From positions 13,082,001 to 13,146,000 of the forward strand of contig CP158635.1 in assembly GCA_050273025.1 (NCBI GenBank): a DNA stretch of 64,000 nt, in the 5' to 3' direction. The notes below the pieces were generated by a model. The model was not told where the DNA came from, searched no databases, and saw nothing but the letters and a program-made list of their open reading frames with translations. Numbering within the stretch: position 1 is the stretch's first letter; each line of letters starts with the position of its first letter. Below, piece by piece: positions 50,616-63,300 of this stretch. The DNA is from Cenococcum geophilum. Taxonomy: Eukaryota. The position numbers were made by a program, and so were the translations under genes.

Positions 50616-53600
50616 TGTAACGGAACCTTGTAGTAGGAACTACGATGGGCTCGTTATTAGGCTAGGTATATAGGTGAAGCAAATTAAGTTAACAACGTAA
50701 TAGCAATTGGTGGAGTAGTTGCCTAACAGATTAACTTTAATTATATTCTGAAAATCACTATAAGGAAGGAACTATCTAGGTAGGGACTAAGGGTCCTTAA
50801 ATACACAACCGTACTCCTAAGAAATTCTCCTTATACGTAATGTACGTCTTATCTATATTAGACATAACGTCCCTTACGTTTAACACAGCCAATACGTTCA
50901 ACCATTATGTAATTTACTTACTATTCCTTGTTATATGGTTCCACGGGTTCTATCCTAGACCGTGCTTATATTAACTAACTAGCTTCTTCCAACTCTTCCC
51001 TAAGTAGTTGTAACATCGTACTTAAAGCGTCCGTAACACCATCTCCCTCCTCTTTATCTTCGTCCTTAAAGATACCTAGTATCTCTAAGTCGTTTACTAG
51101 AGGTGTGATATCTATTTAATTAATTTGGTTAATATTGTTACTTATAATACCTAAAGCAATTTCTTCTCTTTCTTAGGTTAAGCGTCGCCTCCGTACTATC
51201 TCTTTAATACTATCGCTAGGTGAAGTAATAGCGATTCCTTACTCTCGTTATGCGAAAGAGGGGTTAAGTTATATTACGATTGCGAGTTCTTCCGGTCGCC
51301 AACCTTCTTCTTATTTTAAATGCACTCACGCCAATATATGTTTATTATGTGACGTTTGTTCTACGTCCAATATTAAGTATACGCGTCCTATTACTCTTAA
51401 TAGTCTTTAAGTTCCCTAAGTAATTTATTATAGGGTCTCGTGTTTAATCTACCGCTGCAAAGCTTAATAGTGAGCTGGCTTCTGCGCTGCTTAAGGTTCA
51501 GCGTGCCTTAGAAGAGTCCGCACGTGTCCTTAAAGCTTAGCGTCTAGCTTACGCTTATCTTTAGCGTTTAGAACGTGTCCGTAAGAAAGTTTATTTAAAA
51601 AAGTGGAAGCTCGTTTAGTAAGGTCTTTAGGAGTTAGGTAATAAGAGAACTAACTCTCCTTCTATAGTATAGGAAACAACTCTAAGTAATTTAGTAGTTG
51701 CTCTTCCTGGGTCCCCTTTAGGTAACTCGTTCTTCAATAATTCCTCCTTATTAATATTACCTAACCTATTTTCTTCCAATACTCCTATACTTTTCCTATA
51801 GCGTTCTTTAAATTCTCTAGTGGCTCCTAGGTAGTTTTAGTATAGCCTATCCACTTAACCTTATACTATATTTTATTGTTAATATCCTCGTAACTAACGA
51901 TCTTTAAAACTTACTATTTATCTTCTTCTTATCCTCTATACGTGTCTGCTTCGTAAACTAGTGGCTTAATATTCCTATATGCTGGCTCTAGTATTGCGAT
52001 ATGCTATATAGGGTAGATCTTTATTTTAGCTGGTAGGTTTAACTTAAATATAACTAGTAAAATCCTCTATATAATTTTAAAAGGTCCTAATCTAACGTAG
52101 TTTAACTTCTTGCTTAATTATCAACTCTTAAAATTTTTGTATAGTAGCCATACTTTATCCCCCTCCTTAAGATCTAGTCCCTTAGATCTCTTAGCGTTAT
52201 AGTACCTTTTTATTCTTTACTGTACCACCTTAGCTATTTCTGTAAGGTTTGCATAAAGATTTATTAAAGTCTTTATTTTTTGCTTAGCTTTACTACTTAT
52301 TTTCTTTACTTGGCGTAGCAATAATAATATTCTTAGCTTATATCCGTAATTCGCCTTAAATAGTAACGTACCCATTCCTTCTTATAGTGTTGTATTATAT
52401 ATAAACTATATAACTAGTAATAGCGATACCTAATTATTTTGTACGTAATTAATATAATGCCTTAGATACTGCTCTAGTGTCTAATTTAATCTTTCCGTTT
52501 AACCGTCTGTCTGTAGATAATATGCGGTAAAAGTTACTGCTTAAACTCCTTATTCCGCTAAAAATACCTCCTAGAATACTGCTATAAATCTTAAATCTCT
52601 ATCTAATATAATTTTACTTAGTACTCTATATCTTATAAACACTTCTTTAATATAGATTCTAGCAACATCTTCCGCTAAGATTTCTTCCGTATAGGCTATA
52701 AAGTATCCCTACTTCGTAAGCTTGTCTACTATTACTAAGATTATATCGTAATCTTATCCGGTAATAGGGTCTCTTAATTTTAGCAACTTAATAATAAAGT
52801 CCTATAATATAACCTCCTATAGTCTCTCTGGTATTTTAACAGGTTATAGCCCTCTATATAGCTTATGCCTTATTAGTTTATTTCTTTAGTAATCTAGACA
52901 CTTCTTAGTAACCTTCCTAGCTATCCTCTAGATTCTGTTAATAATGTACTCCTCCTAGAGTCTTAATACTAAGCCCGTAGCTCCGTTGTGTCCTTAAGTT
53001 AGTCCCTTATAGAAGTCCTCTACGAACTGCTCTACTATGCTTCTTAGGATATACTTCGCTTCTCGGTTTTTATATATATCTAACTATAGGTCTTCTAGCT
53101 GTGCTTCTAGAATTCTTTATACCTAAAAGCTTTCTAGTATCTTATAGACTTTTTCTAACTTATTCTCTTAAGTTACTATAATTTTTAGATAATTATACCT
53201 AATTAGTCCATCTATATCCTTTCGCAGTAAAGCCCCTAATAGCTTATCGTTATTTTATAGTTTAGCCTTTTAACTTAACGCATTGGCTTACGTGTTATCT
53301 GTACCCTTAGTATACTAAATCTTAAAATAGTATTCTGTAAGCATCTCTGCCTATCTAACCTATCTTTAGTTAAGTTCCTTTATTGTTAGGAATCCTATTA
53401 GGTTTTTATAATCCGTCTTAACTATAAATAGTTTCTCTATACCTTGCAAGAATGCTCTTTATTTCTTTAGTACTATAACTATACCTAATAACTCCTTGTT
53501 ATAGATGTTATAGTTTAGTTCTAGTGGTATTATCTTCCGACTATAATATGCCACTGGATGCTATCTATCTAGATACTTTTATATAAAATATGCTCCTAGT

Positions 53601-56600
53601 GTAAAGTCTAATATATTTGTTTCTATAACCGTTTCTAGTCCTAGTTAATAGATCTTAAGAACTAGCTCCTAGGTGAATAACTCTTTAACTTTTTTAAAGA
53701 GTTCTTACTGTTCCTCTCCCTATACCTATAGTTCTTCTTTCTTTGTTAATCGCGTAAATAGTTTAATATCTTTTAACCATTACGCTATAAACCTTCTGTA
53801 ATAGTTGCAAAACCCTAGGAATAATCTTAACTACGTAACGTTCTCTAGTTCTTACTAATTTACTATAGCCTCAATCTTCTTTAGGTCTATACTGAGTTAG
53901 CCTAGTTTAATAATAAATCTAACAAAATCGGTCTTCCTAGTAAAGAACTCGCATTTCTTAATTGCTACTAGCATCTGTTCTTCTTATAGTCTCTTTAAGA
54001 CCCATTTAACGTGTTCTCCATACTCTTCCTCGTTTATTAAGTAGATAATAATATTATCGAGGTATACTATAACAAATTCATCTAAATATTCTCCTAATAT
54101 ATTGTTAATACACTTCTGGAACGTTACTAGTACATTTATAAGCCCAAATTGTATAACTAATGGTTTATATAGTCCTTTCTTTAACCTAAAGGCTGCCTTC
54201 TATTTGTCGCCTTCCTTAATCCTAATCTAATGGTATACCTATCTTAGATCTATCTTCGTAAAGATTTACACATTACCTATCCTATCTTAGATCTCGCTAA
54301 TTAAGGGTAAAGGATACCTATCCTTCCTAGTAATGCTGTTTAACTGTCTATAGTCGATACACAGCCTTAGTTTGCTATTCTTCTTTAGTATAAATAGTAC
54401 TGGATATCCTACTAATAACTGCAATGGTCTAATATATCCCTTTCGTAAGTTTTCTTAAATAAACTCTTTAAGTGCTCTACCTTCTTCTTTGGTAAGCTTA
54501 TAGATTAGAAAGAACCTTAAACTTATTCCTAGTTCTAATTCTATCTTATAGTCCTATGCTGTATACTCTAACAGCTTTTTACTCTCTAGTAACCATAACT
54601 TTTTACTATATTTGTGGTATCTTTTTGGTACATAACTTAATCCTTAATTAGTCTCTTTATATATCGCTCCGACTTAGTACCATACCATCTTAGTTTATTG
54701 TCGCATCTTGCGGCGTTATATGTCTCTAATATTGACCTAACCTATAACCTAATTAATCTTTCGATTATATTCCTATAACTAAGGCATTCCTAATACTGCC
54801 TTATTATTCCCTAATAGTAATATATCGAAAGACATCTCAACCTATCTTCCTTTAATGGTTAGCTGAATAGGTCCTATTTTAAGATTAATAATGCCTCCTC
54901 CGTAGGCTATCGGATCTCCTAAAATTGTTACTAATAGGTAAGGACATTCCTTCTGTCTATATGGTAATCCCATTCTTTTAACTGCTGCTAGTAAGATATA
55001 GTTCCTTATTGCTCCACTATCTATTAGCGCCTTAAACTGTTAATCCTACCATTTAATTCTTAGATTTAGGTGTCGTCCTTAAATTCCTTTAAGGGTCTGA
55101 GGCTCTACTACTAGTTCCCTCTGGTCCTATAGGCCTCTACTTTTCCCAGCTGCTGGCTACTAGATCCTATTTATACTTAGTCCGACTTAGGCCAATACTT
55201 AGTTCGCTTTTTGTCTTTAATATGCTATAGACAGGTATTCTTTAAATATTCCCACCATTGTCGTCTATCTAGGTATTTTTCTATAAGGAATCTTCCTGGT
55301 TAAAGTATTAAGTCCCCTTATTCTTAAACTTCTACTAGGTGCCAACCATACATATACTTAGCATTTCGATACTTTGCCTTATCCGTCATCTAATATATCC
55401 TTATTAAATACTTTCGATTTTTGTCCTTTAGTGTTCTATGCATATTACACGTATTATCCATACATGCTATCCACGATAGTGTGTAATATACTTAGTGTCT
55501 TGGGTTAACTCTTAGCTCGTCTTCATCCTTAAGTTTAAACCTTTCTTATATTAATCTAAGCGTTACAACTTTGTTCGTAGGTACTAAGATATACCTTTTA
55601 CTTCTCTAGTCCTCTAATTACTCCTTTAGATCTTTTAATATCATAATTAAGGCTCCCTTAATGTAAGTTATAGCCTTTTCTATAATCGGGTGGTCTTAGA
55701 CAACTTTTTCGTCCAGCTATATATAGAAATCTTCCCACTTATCGTTGTGTCGTTACCTATACCACTTTTAGTATAGTTACTTAAGTGTATACGGTTCGTT
55801 TGTAAGGAAGTATCTCTTTATTACTACATTATAACAGCCTTTAGTATATCGTTCTTTAAACCTAGTAGAAATCCCTAGATCCTCTTCTTGTTCCAGTTCA
55901 GTAAGCTACTTAGCTCTTAGTATGCCTATTCTAGGCCTATTAGTGACTCTTTATACTAGCGCTCTATCCCTTATACGTCCCAATGTACTAAATCTCTTGT
56001 CTAGTTTCTGTTCTTACCATAAGGTAATTCTTACCCTAAATTCCTCTATGGTTTCTTTTACATTACGTCTTACGAGTAGATCCTTAAAGTCTTCGTGCTT
56101 CTTAATCTTAGTATTAACTTTTTAATCTTTAGGCTAAACACTATATTCCCCTAGTAAGTCTTCTAGGTCTATATATCTGTCTCCTAATCTAATCGCTATT
56201 TGCGCTATAAATTCTCTAATCTATAAAGAAGCTCCTTACCTCTTGCTTATAGGTATCCTAATTCATACTCCAAATTCTTAATCCCTTAGATTCTTTAATC
56301 TTAAGCTTACTTCTAACTTAAGCTTAGCTCCAGCCTTAGTCCAACTAGGCTTTATTAGTGTCCTTATCTTATCTTAAAAGTCCTAGATCTTACTTATCTC
56401 GTCTTAAAAATCTTATACCGTTAGGAATTCTTATCCTAAGCTCATTTATATGTCTTTAAACTAAGCTGCTACTCTACTCCATCTATTTCTATTTATTATA
56501 GGTCTTTAAGCGTACCTTATCTTATCTTAAGAATCTTAGTCGTCTCTTATCTCGTCTTAAGAATCTTAAGCCTTTAGCCTTTAGCCTTTATTAAGTAGTA

Positions 56601-58643
56601 AGCTAGCACTAGCAGTTATCTGCTTACTTAATCGTCTCTAGATATTACTCCTTCCGTCTTATAAAGCAATGGATGCCGTATCCAACGGTATTATAATACC
56701 CGTTACTAAACCATGCTCTATAGCGGTCTCAGTCTCTGCTTCTATTACATTATTAAGGTTTAGATACCCCCAGTTAGTTCCTTTACTATCCTCGTCGCTA
56801 TTAATTAATAAGTACTCTAACTCCATTATTATTATTACTAATTATTATCTGCATATTGCTGTAATATCTTAATCCAGCTTATAGAGTTAATCCTATTCTT
56901 CGTCTAACTCTTAAGTCCCTTTAAGTCCTTTTAACTCTGGTTCTTGTGGCCAATAGCTTGCACTATACTTGGCGTCTTTATAAATTTAGCATACGTTATT
57001 ATAATAAAACGCGAAACTTCTAATTAAACACTCTTTTGTTCCTCGCAGTACACTATTATCCCTCTATACGTATATATCTCCTACTATTAGTCTGGTTCCC
57101 TTTATTATATAGTAACTCTAACCATCTTTATAATCCCTTATAAAATAACCTTATTTCTCGCAATTTATATAAGCTCTATCTCTAAACCACTAACTCTATT
57201 ATAGAGTCCGCCTAAACGTCTTCTGCTAATAAGATCCCTAGTTTAGCCTATACTCCTTAGTCCTATAATTACTAGATCCTTAACCTCTAGGTTTCCATAG
57301 TTTCTTACTCTATCTCTTATAGGCTTCTTTAGTACCGCTTAGGTCTATTAGCTCTGCGCTATACCATAGTTTCTAATTTGGCTTTTATTGTTGCGTATTC
57401 TGCGCCTTATATAACTATAGAACTCTATCCTGGCCTCTCTTAGCCTATTCCCTTTAGAAGATCCTATTATCGATCTTAATTACTTAATCTATTAATTCCC
57501 TTAGGGTGTCCGCATCTTCTATCAGAATAATTACGTCCTAGACTTTAGCCTTAAGTCCTTATTTATACTATGCCATAAGCGCCTTATCGTTCCATTCGAC
57601 CTATATTATAAGTATTTAAAACTATATCATATACTTAATTACTAAAGTTCGCTGTGTTAGGTCCTAAAGCTTCCTTTCTACTATAGTTGTTGCTTCTGGG
57701 TCCCTAAATATCTATATTAATTGTTCCGCAAATCCTGCCTAGCTAGAAAACACAAATCGTACCTCTTAATTAGTAGTAGTCATTCCGTTAGTCTGTATCT
57801 CTGTTAAGTAGGGTTTAAACTATTTAAGTGCCCAACCCATTAGGAATAGTCCTGCGTAGGCTATCTAATCCATTATCATAGCTAACTTAGCCCCTTCTTA
57901 CATAACTTTAAAATGCATTTGCGTTAGGAATTCTTTAAGCTTTAATCTCTCTCCTAAGAATCGTTTAATTAATAGTAACTTAACCTTTACTGCTCTAATT
58001 CCATTAAGTCTGTTTTTAAATATCGCATTATTTTCTATTAATCGATCCACTATTTCTTGTAATTGTCCTACTATCACAGGTTGTTGCGAGTTAGTATCCG
58101 CCATACTGGTGTCACCCCCTAACCTTAAAGTAGTTGCCGCCGTTAATGGCGTTATAGTGGCTGCTTTTAGTGGCATGTTATTCAACTCCTGTATTTGTTA
58201 CTATAACTAGGTAGTAATTGTGTAACGGAACCTTGTAGCAGGAACTACAATAGGCTCGTTATTAGGCTAGGTATATAGGTAAAGCAAATTAAGTCAACAA
58301 CGTAATAGCAATTAGTGGAGTGGTTGCCTAATAGATTAACTCTAATTATATTCTAAGAATCACTACAAGGAAGGAACTATCTAGGTAGGGACTAAGGGTC
58401 CTTAAATACACAACTATACTCCTAAGAAATTCTCCTTATACGTGATGTACGTCTTATCTATATTGGACGTGACGTCCCTTACGTTCAACATAGCTAACAC
58501 GTTTAACCATTATGTGACTTACTTACTATTCCTCGTTATATAGTTCCACGGGTTCCATCCTGGACCGTGCTTATATTAACTAACTAGCTTCTTCCGACTC
58601 TTCCCTAAGTAGTCGTAACATCGTACTTAAAGCGTCCGTAACA
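50616..58643 (-). mobile_element. Gypsy-A copy 2, full-length (8028 bp)
   Basis: 423-bp LTRs at 50616-51038 and 58221-58643. TSD GCTCG (50611-15 and 58644-48). PPT 51039-51060. gag ATG 58176, protease DSGA ~55015, YLDD ~54058, integrase, chromodomain ~51790-51900. Confidence 0.97.
51147..51834 (+). pseudogene. Antisense accessory gene of Gypsy-A: Zn2Cys6-type cluster + coiled coil, one intron
   Basis: Codons at 51240, 51249, 51270 and 51312 are TAC/TAT (RIP forms of TGC/TGT); 51321 TGC and 51348 TGT are intact. Spacing is C-x2-C-x6-C-x13-C-x2-C-x8-C. A 55-bp intron (51379-51433) joins it in frame to a helical, heptad-like exon. Confidence 0.75.
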
Positions 58644-60153
58644 GCTCGCTTCCTAGTCAACTACGTTAAGGAGAAAAGTCGATGTGTTGATGTTCAAAGC
58701 GGCAGTATATTTAGCTACCCTAAATGAGAAGGCGGTAATGTAAATCGGTTATAACTAGGGTCACCTTCATAACCCCATCACATACGTTAGGGCTTGCCAG
58801 AAGTCTAAAACGAACTAGCTTCTACAGTTAGATATTATTAAATTAGGAAGTTTATATAGCTTAAAGACGTGCTTAATAAAACATTCGGCTACTAATATTA
58901 TATTAATTAAGTCTATAGGAATCATATATCGCATTTTTATAAGACGGTTAATAACTACTATAACATTTATAAACCCATTACTATTAGGCAGGTCGACTAT
59001 AAAGTTAATTAAGATATCTCGCTATCTTTATATTAGAATTAGCAATAGTTAAAGTACTCCTTACTTCTTTATATAAGAGGTCTTTCTACGCACGTACATT
59101 CTATATACTCGAATGTATTTTCGTACATAGTCGTGCATTATAGGCCAGTAATATACTCGTTAGATAATCTTATAGGTTTTCGCATAGCCAGGGTGCTCTA
59201 CTATAGGGGAATTATATACAAATTTAAGTATCTTAAATTGTAAGGGTTTAGAATTCGGGACTACTATCTTCTATTAATAGTATAACCGATTATTGCGGAT
59301 TTCGCATTTAGTGAGTATAATATCCTTATATTACCATTTCCCTATTTAAATCGCTTTTATTATATCTGCTATCTAGGGGTCGTTCTTATATTCGTGCTTT
59401 ATTAATTTATTAATTTTTATATCCTACTTATTAAATTCCAATTCATTCCTATTAAGCTCCGCGTTTAGAAACATAGGGCGTAATTTCTTAAAGTATTTAG
59501 TGGGCAGTAGAATTTATAATTAATTTATAATCTGTTTATTAGAGGCGTTTATAGATAAGTCCTATAATTATTATATTAATAAGTTAGGCTTCTAATTAAG
59601 TTTACCAGGTTAGTATATAATCTTAAAGTTAAATTATAAAAGACATTCGGCCTAACGAATTTGGCGCTGCGTTAATTACTTTATAGTTATAAAGTACTAT
59701 CGGGTTTTATAGTCCGTTAATACGCGTATTAGGAATAATAATCCTTTAAGTTCTAGACGCTATTATTTAAAGCATCTAATAATTATAAGTAGTTCCTTAT
59801 TATATATCTTATAGTTTAATTTAGCAGGGGTAAGTTTCTAGGAGAGAAAGGCTACTAGGCGTAGCTCGCCGTTCTTATTATATTATGATAACACTCCTCC
59901 TAATACATAATTAGACAAGTCTGTTTTAATAATATATTTAAGGTCCGGATTAAAGTAGGTAAAAATTAGAGCAGTTATAAAATAATATTTTAGATTATTA
60001 AAAGCTTATTTACATTTAGTAGTCTATTTAAATCTTATATTCTTCCTTATTAAGTTTACTAATAGCTAAACAATTTTTAAGAAGTAATTAATAAATTAAT
60101 AATAGAAATTTGCAAATCCTAGAAATCCTTAAATATCTTATACACTACTAGGA

Positions 60154-60314
60154 TGTCACGGATTCCGGCCTGGCGGCCCTTAGCGAGCCTTGGCACCCCA
60201 CAGTATATAGAGTGCTGGTCCCTTCGCACCTCTTGCACCTTCGTGCAATATCCTGTCGTGTACCATAGTTAATGCTACGACCTTCACAGAGCCTCCTGAC
60301 CTCGTTCCATGACA
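60154..60314 (+). mobile_element. Solo LTR (161 bp), barely RIP-mutated
   Basis: Termini TGTCACGGA...TCCATGACA. TSD TAGGA (60149-53 and 60315-19). Central TATATAG followed by a pyrimidine-rich tract. Confidence 0.93.
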
Positions 60315-63300
60315 TAGGACTTTCCCAGTTTATAATTACAGCAATTTTCTTAGGGTCCATTTTAATTCTATTATAGGATATAATTAGGCCTAAGTATATA
60401 ACTTTAAACGTATAGAACTTACATTTCTTAATATTGCATTATAAGCCCGCGTCTTATAGGCGTTTAAGGACTATTTAAATATGCTTCTAATACTTAAAAA
60501 GCAAAGATAAATAGATTAAGATATTATTAATATACGCGGTAATAAATATATTAAGGAATTTATAAAGCGTATTATTAACGTATTACTAAAACGTACTAGG
60601 ACCGTTCTTTACACTAAATAGCATTACTAGGTATTTAAAAAGTCCCCATTATAAATAAAAAGCCGTATACTTTTCGTCTCCTTCGCGAACACGGATTTAA
60701 TTAAAGGTAGCAACTACGTCAAACTTTATAAAGTATTATACTTTTACTAAGCAGTTAAGCGTTTCTTAAAGCAGAGGAATTGGATATTGGTTTTAAATTA
60801 TAATCGCATTTAGGGCTTAATAATTAACACAGAACCTTAAGCCTCCTCTAGGTTTCTTAATAAATAGTATAGGTAAGGCGAATAGTAATTAACTAGGGCA
60901 AATAAATCCTTTCTCTAGGTGCTCTTTAAGGTATTATTATATTATTAGCAGCTCTTCTTATAATATACCATATAATAGGCCGAACTTTAGCGTTATACTA
61001 GGTTTAAGTTTTATCTTAAAATCGTGCTCATTTTAATATAGAGGTAGTTAGTTTCCGAATTATTTCTTAAACGTATTAATTAGATTATAATATTCTTTAG
61101 GTATAAGAGGTCGGGGGTTAATATATTGCTTCAGTTCTAACGCTTTCTTAATATCTTCTAGTATTATAGTAAAGATCTTATAGTCTTATTTTCTTACTAA
61201 CAAATAAAAGGGTGCGGCTTATATTATACGAATTTTAAGGGGTTTTAATATATTATCTTCGCATTCTTTACCACAATTAGCAGTTATAACTTTATCGTAT
61301 TAGTTTAGGGTTTATAGTAAGGGTAATTTATATTATATTAAATTCGAATAGTTGTGTACATATTTATAGGGCAAGTGGTATTTTAAATAATAACTTCGGC
61401 AGTAGGTTATACGGAATTTTAGTATTTCTTTAACCTAGCTAATTAAAGGGTTATATTATTTTAGCTATCTATATCTAAGTATTACCTTATAATGCTTTAA
61501 GGGTGTTATAAATAGGGAAACGTATTTAAGGTATTTGCCTATCCGCATCTTTACAAGAGCGTAGTGCGTTAGTTTACCATATATTAAAGGCTTACTATTA
61601 AAGCCTTATAGGCCTTAGGGCTTATTAAGTTTCTTTAAATTTAAGCGTTAAGTTTTTACGTAGTTTATATTAATAAAGCCTATACTAGTAGCTCCGCTAT
61701 TTATAAGGATTTATACTTCCTTCTATTTTCTAAGTATTTAAATTTCGCTGAGTATATTAAGGGAGTTATATTATATATCAGCGCTAAAAGAGCCTAGACA
61801 CTTATACTCTTCCACTTCTTATCCTAAGGCGCGACTTGGCCCTAAAACAACTCATTTTCCAAGTTAACTAAAGGTAAGATGCTTTATAGCAACCAAGTAT
61901 AATTTATAGAATAAGTATAATTTATAGAACGAGTGCGACTTAAGGACTAAGAGGAGCTACAGCGGACCTTTTTAAAAGGGTAAGTTTGGCAATCCCTTTA
62001 AATATATCCCTTTTTTCTACATCTAAAATATTCTCTATTTGCAGCTTATATTCTTTATTTGTTAGTTTTTAAGGGTGTATAGGATTAAGTAGCGTTAAGG
62101 TCCATAGGGTTATATATAGGGCTTTTAGGTCTTAAAAACGGATTGCGCTTTAGGGTATATACCAATTTTATAAAATTTTAAACGCAAGGTATAGTTAGCT
62201 TTAGAGAATAAGTTTATTTATTATATTAAAGGTCCTTATTAATTTGTTAATATATTATAGCAAATTTAGGTAAGTTCTTTAGTAGTTCTTTACCTACTAG
62301 CTATGCTCTAATTTTATCTAAAATAGCTTAATAGAGAGTAGTAACTTTAGCGGCTTTATTCTAATCTAGTTTACTAATAAGGCCTAAAAATTCCAAAAAG
62401 AAGCTAGTAAAGTCTCGGTTCCATTATTATAGGTTTTTAAGTTTAGTAATAGCTGTGTGTTTGCAGCTAGCGTTATTATACGTTCGTTCTAGTAGAGAGA
62501 TAAAGATTTTAAAATTAACGAAGGTGCCGTTACGGAAGAATAGGTCTATAGTTTATATAGCGACTTTACTTAAACGAGACATTCTATAGCTAATCTTACT
62601 AGCTTTAGTAGGGTATTGGTTATAGTTTATTAAAAGTTTAAGATAGAGCTTAGTTATAAAGGGATATAGGTTATTTTAATTTCCATTAAATATTAGAGGG
62701 TTAGGGAGCTTTTTAGATTTTGTAGTAGGTACTAGGTTTATTATAGGTACGGGTTAAGCTACCGTTACTAGTTTGGGGTTTATATTTAACAGGTTAGGTT
62801 CGTATATAGTTATTTTAATTTTGTTTATAGGTGTTACTATTAGGGTCTCTACTATAAGTACTTTAGGGTTACGGAGTTCTTCGCGGATTGCTCCTATTAA
62901 TTACTAGTGCTAAGATTCTAATATCACTCGGTATTAGGCCAAAGCATCTATAAAGGACTATTGTATTATAGTTAACTATTCCCTAACTAGGGCTATAATG
63001 CTTATAGTTAACGCGGAGGGTTCGAGTTCGTTTGCCATTTTAATAGTGGTTATTTTAATGTAACATAATATAAGGGCGCGAAGAGACTTTAGGGAAGATT
63101 TAAAGGAATAATATAAATTCTATCTAAATCTAAGGGTATATAGCTCTCGTTAAGAACAAGACGTTACGTAAAGAAGAAAAGGGAATAATAAGAGAATTAT
63201 ATAATTAAATAGTCAGGGGCTTAGTGGTCGATGTGTGCGTACGTACGCACGCGGTCTTTGACGGACTTTGGTAGAATTTAATTAATCTAGCAGAATTCGG

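Larger units (their letters stand above)
48868..58666 (+). mobile_element. pogo/Fot1 DNA transposon (~1.77 kb net)
   Basis: TIR ACGTAGTTGACCAGGAAGCGAGCCACCCCACGTAGCGAGCCAC; the right copy is split by Gypsy-A copy 2. TA TSD (48866-67 and 58667-68). Confidence 0.94.
48376..58787. mobile_element. Non-autonomous Tc1/mariner-type MITE (~610 bp net)
   Basis: 46-bp TIR ACGTATGTGATGGGGTTAT(A/G)AAGGTGACCCTAGTTATAACCGATTT (48376-48421 and 58742-58787). TA TSD. The host integrase SDFWQAL(C)K frame is restored on removal. Confidence 0.93.

Noticed and set aside
31245..56872. Remaining short track ORFs (31245, 31678, 34488, 36541, 43284, 55922, 56669)
   Set aside because: Antisense or UTR readings of RIP-mutated retroelements with no independent coding signal.
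60148..60360. 70-aa ORF MDPKKIAV...
   Set aside because: Gypsy-B RT fragment reading through into the inserted solo LTR.
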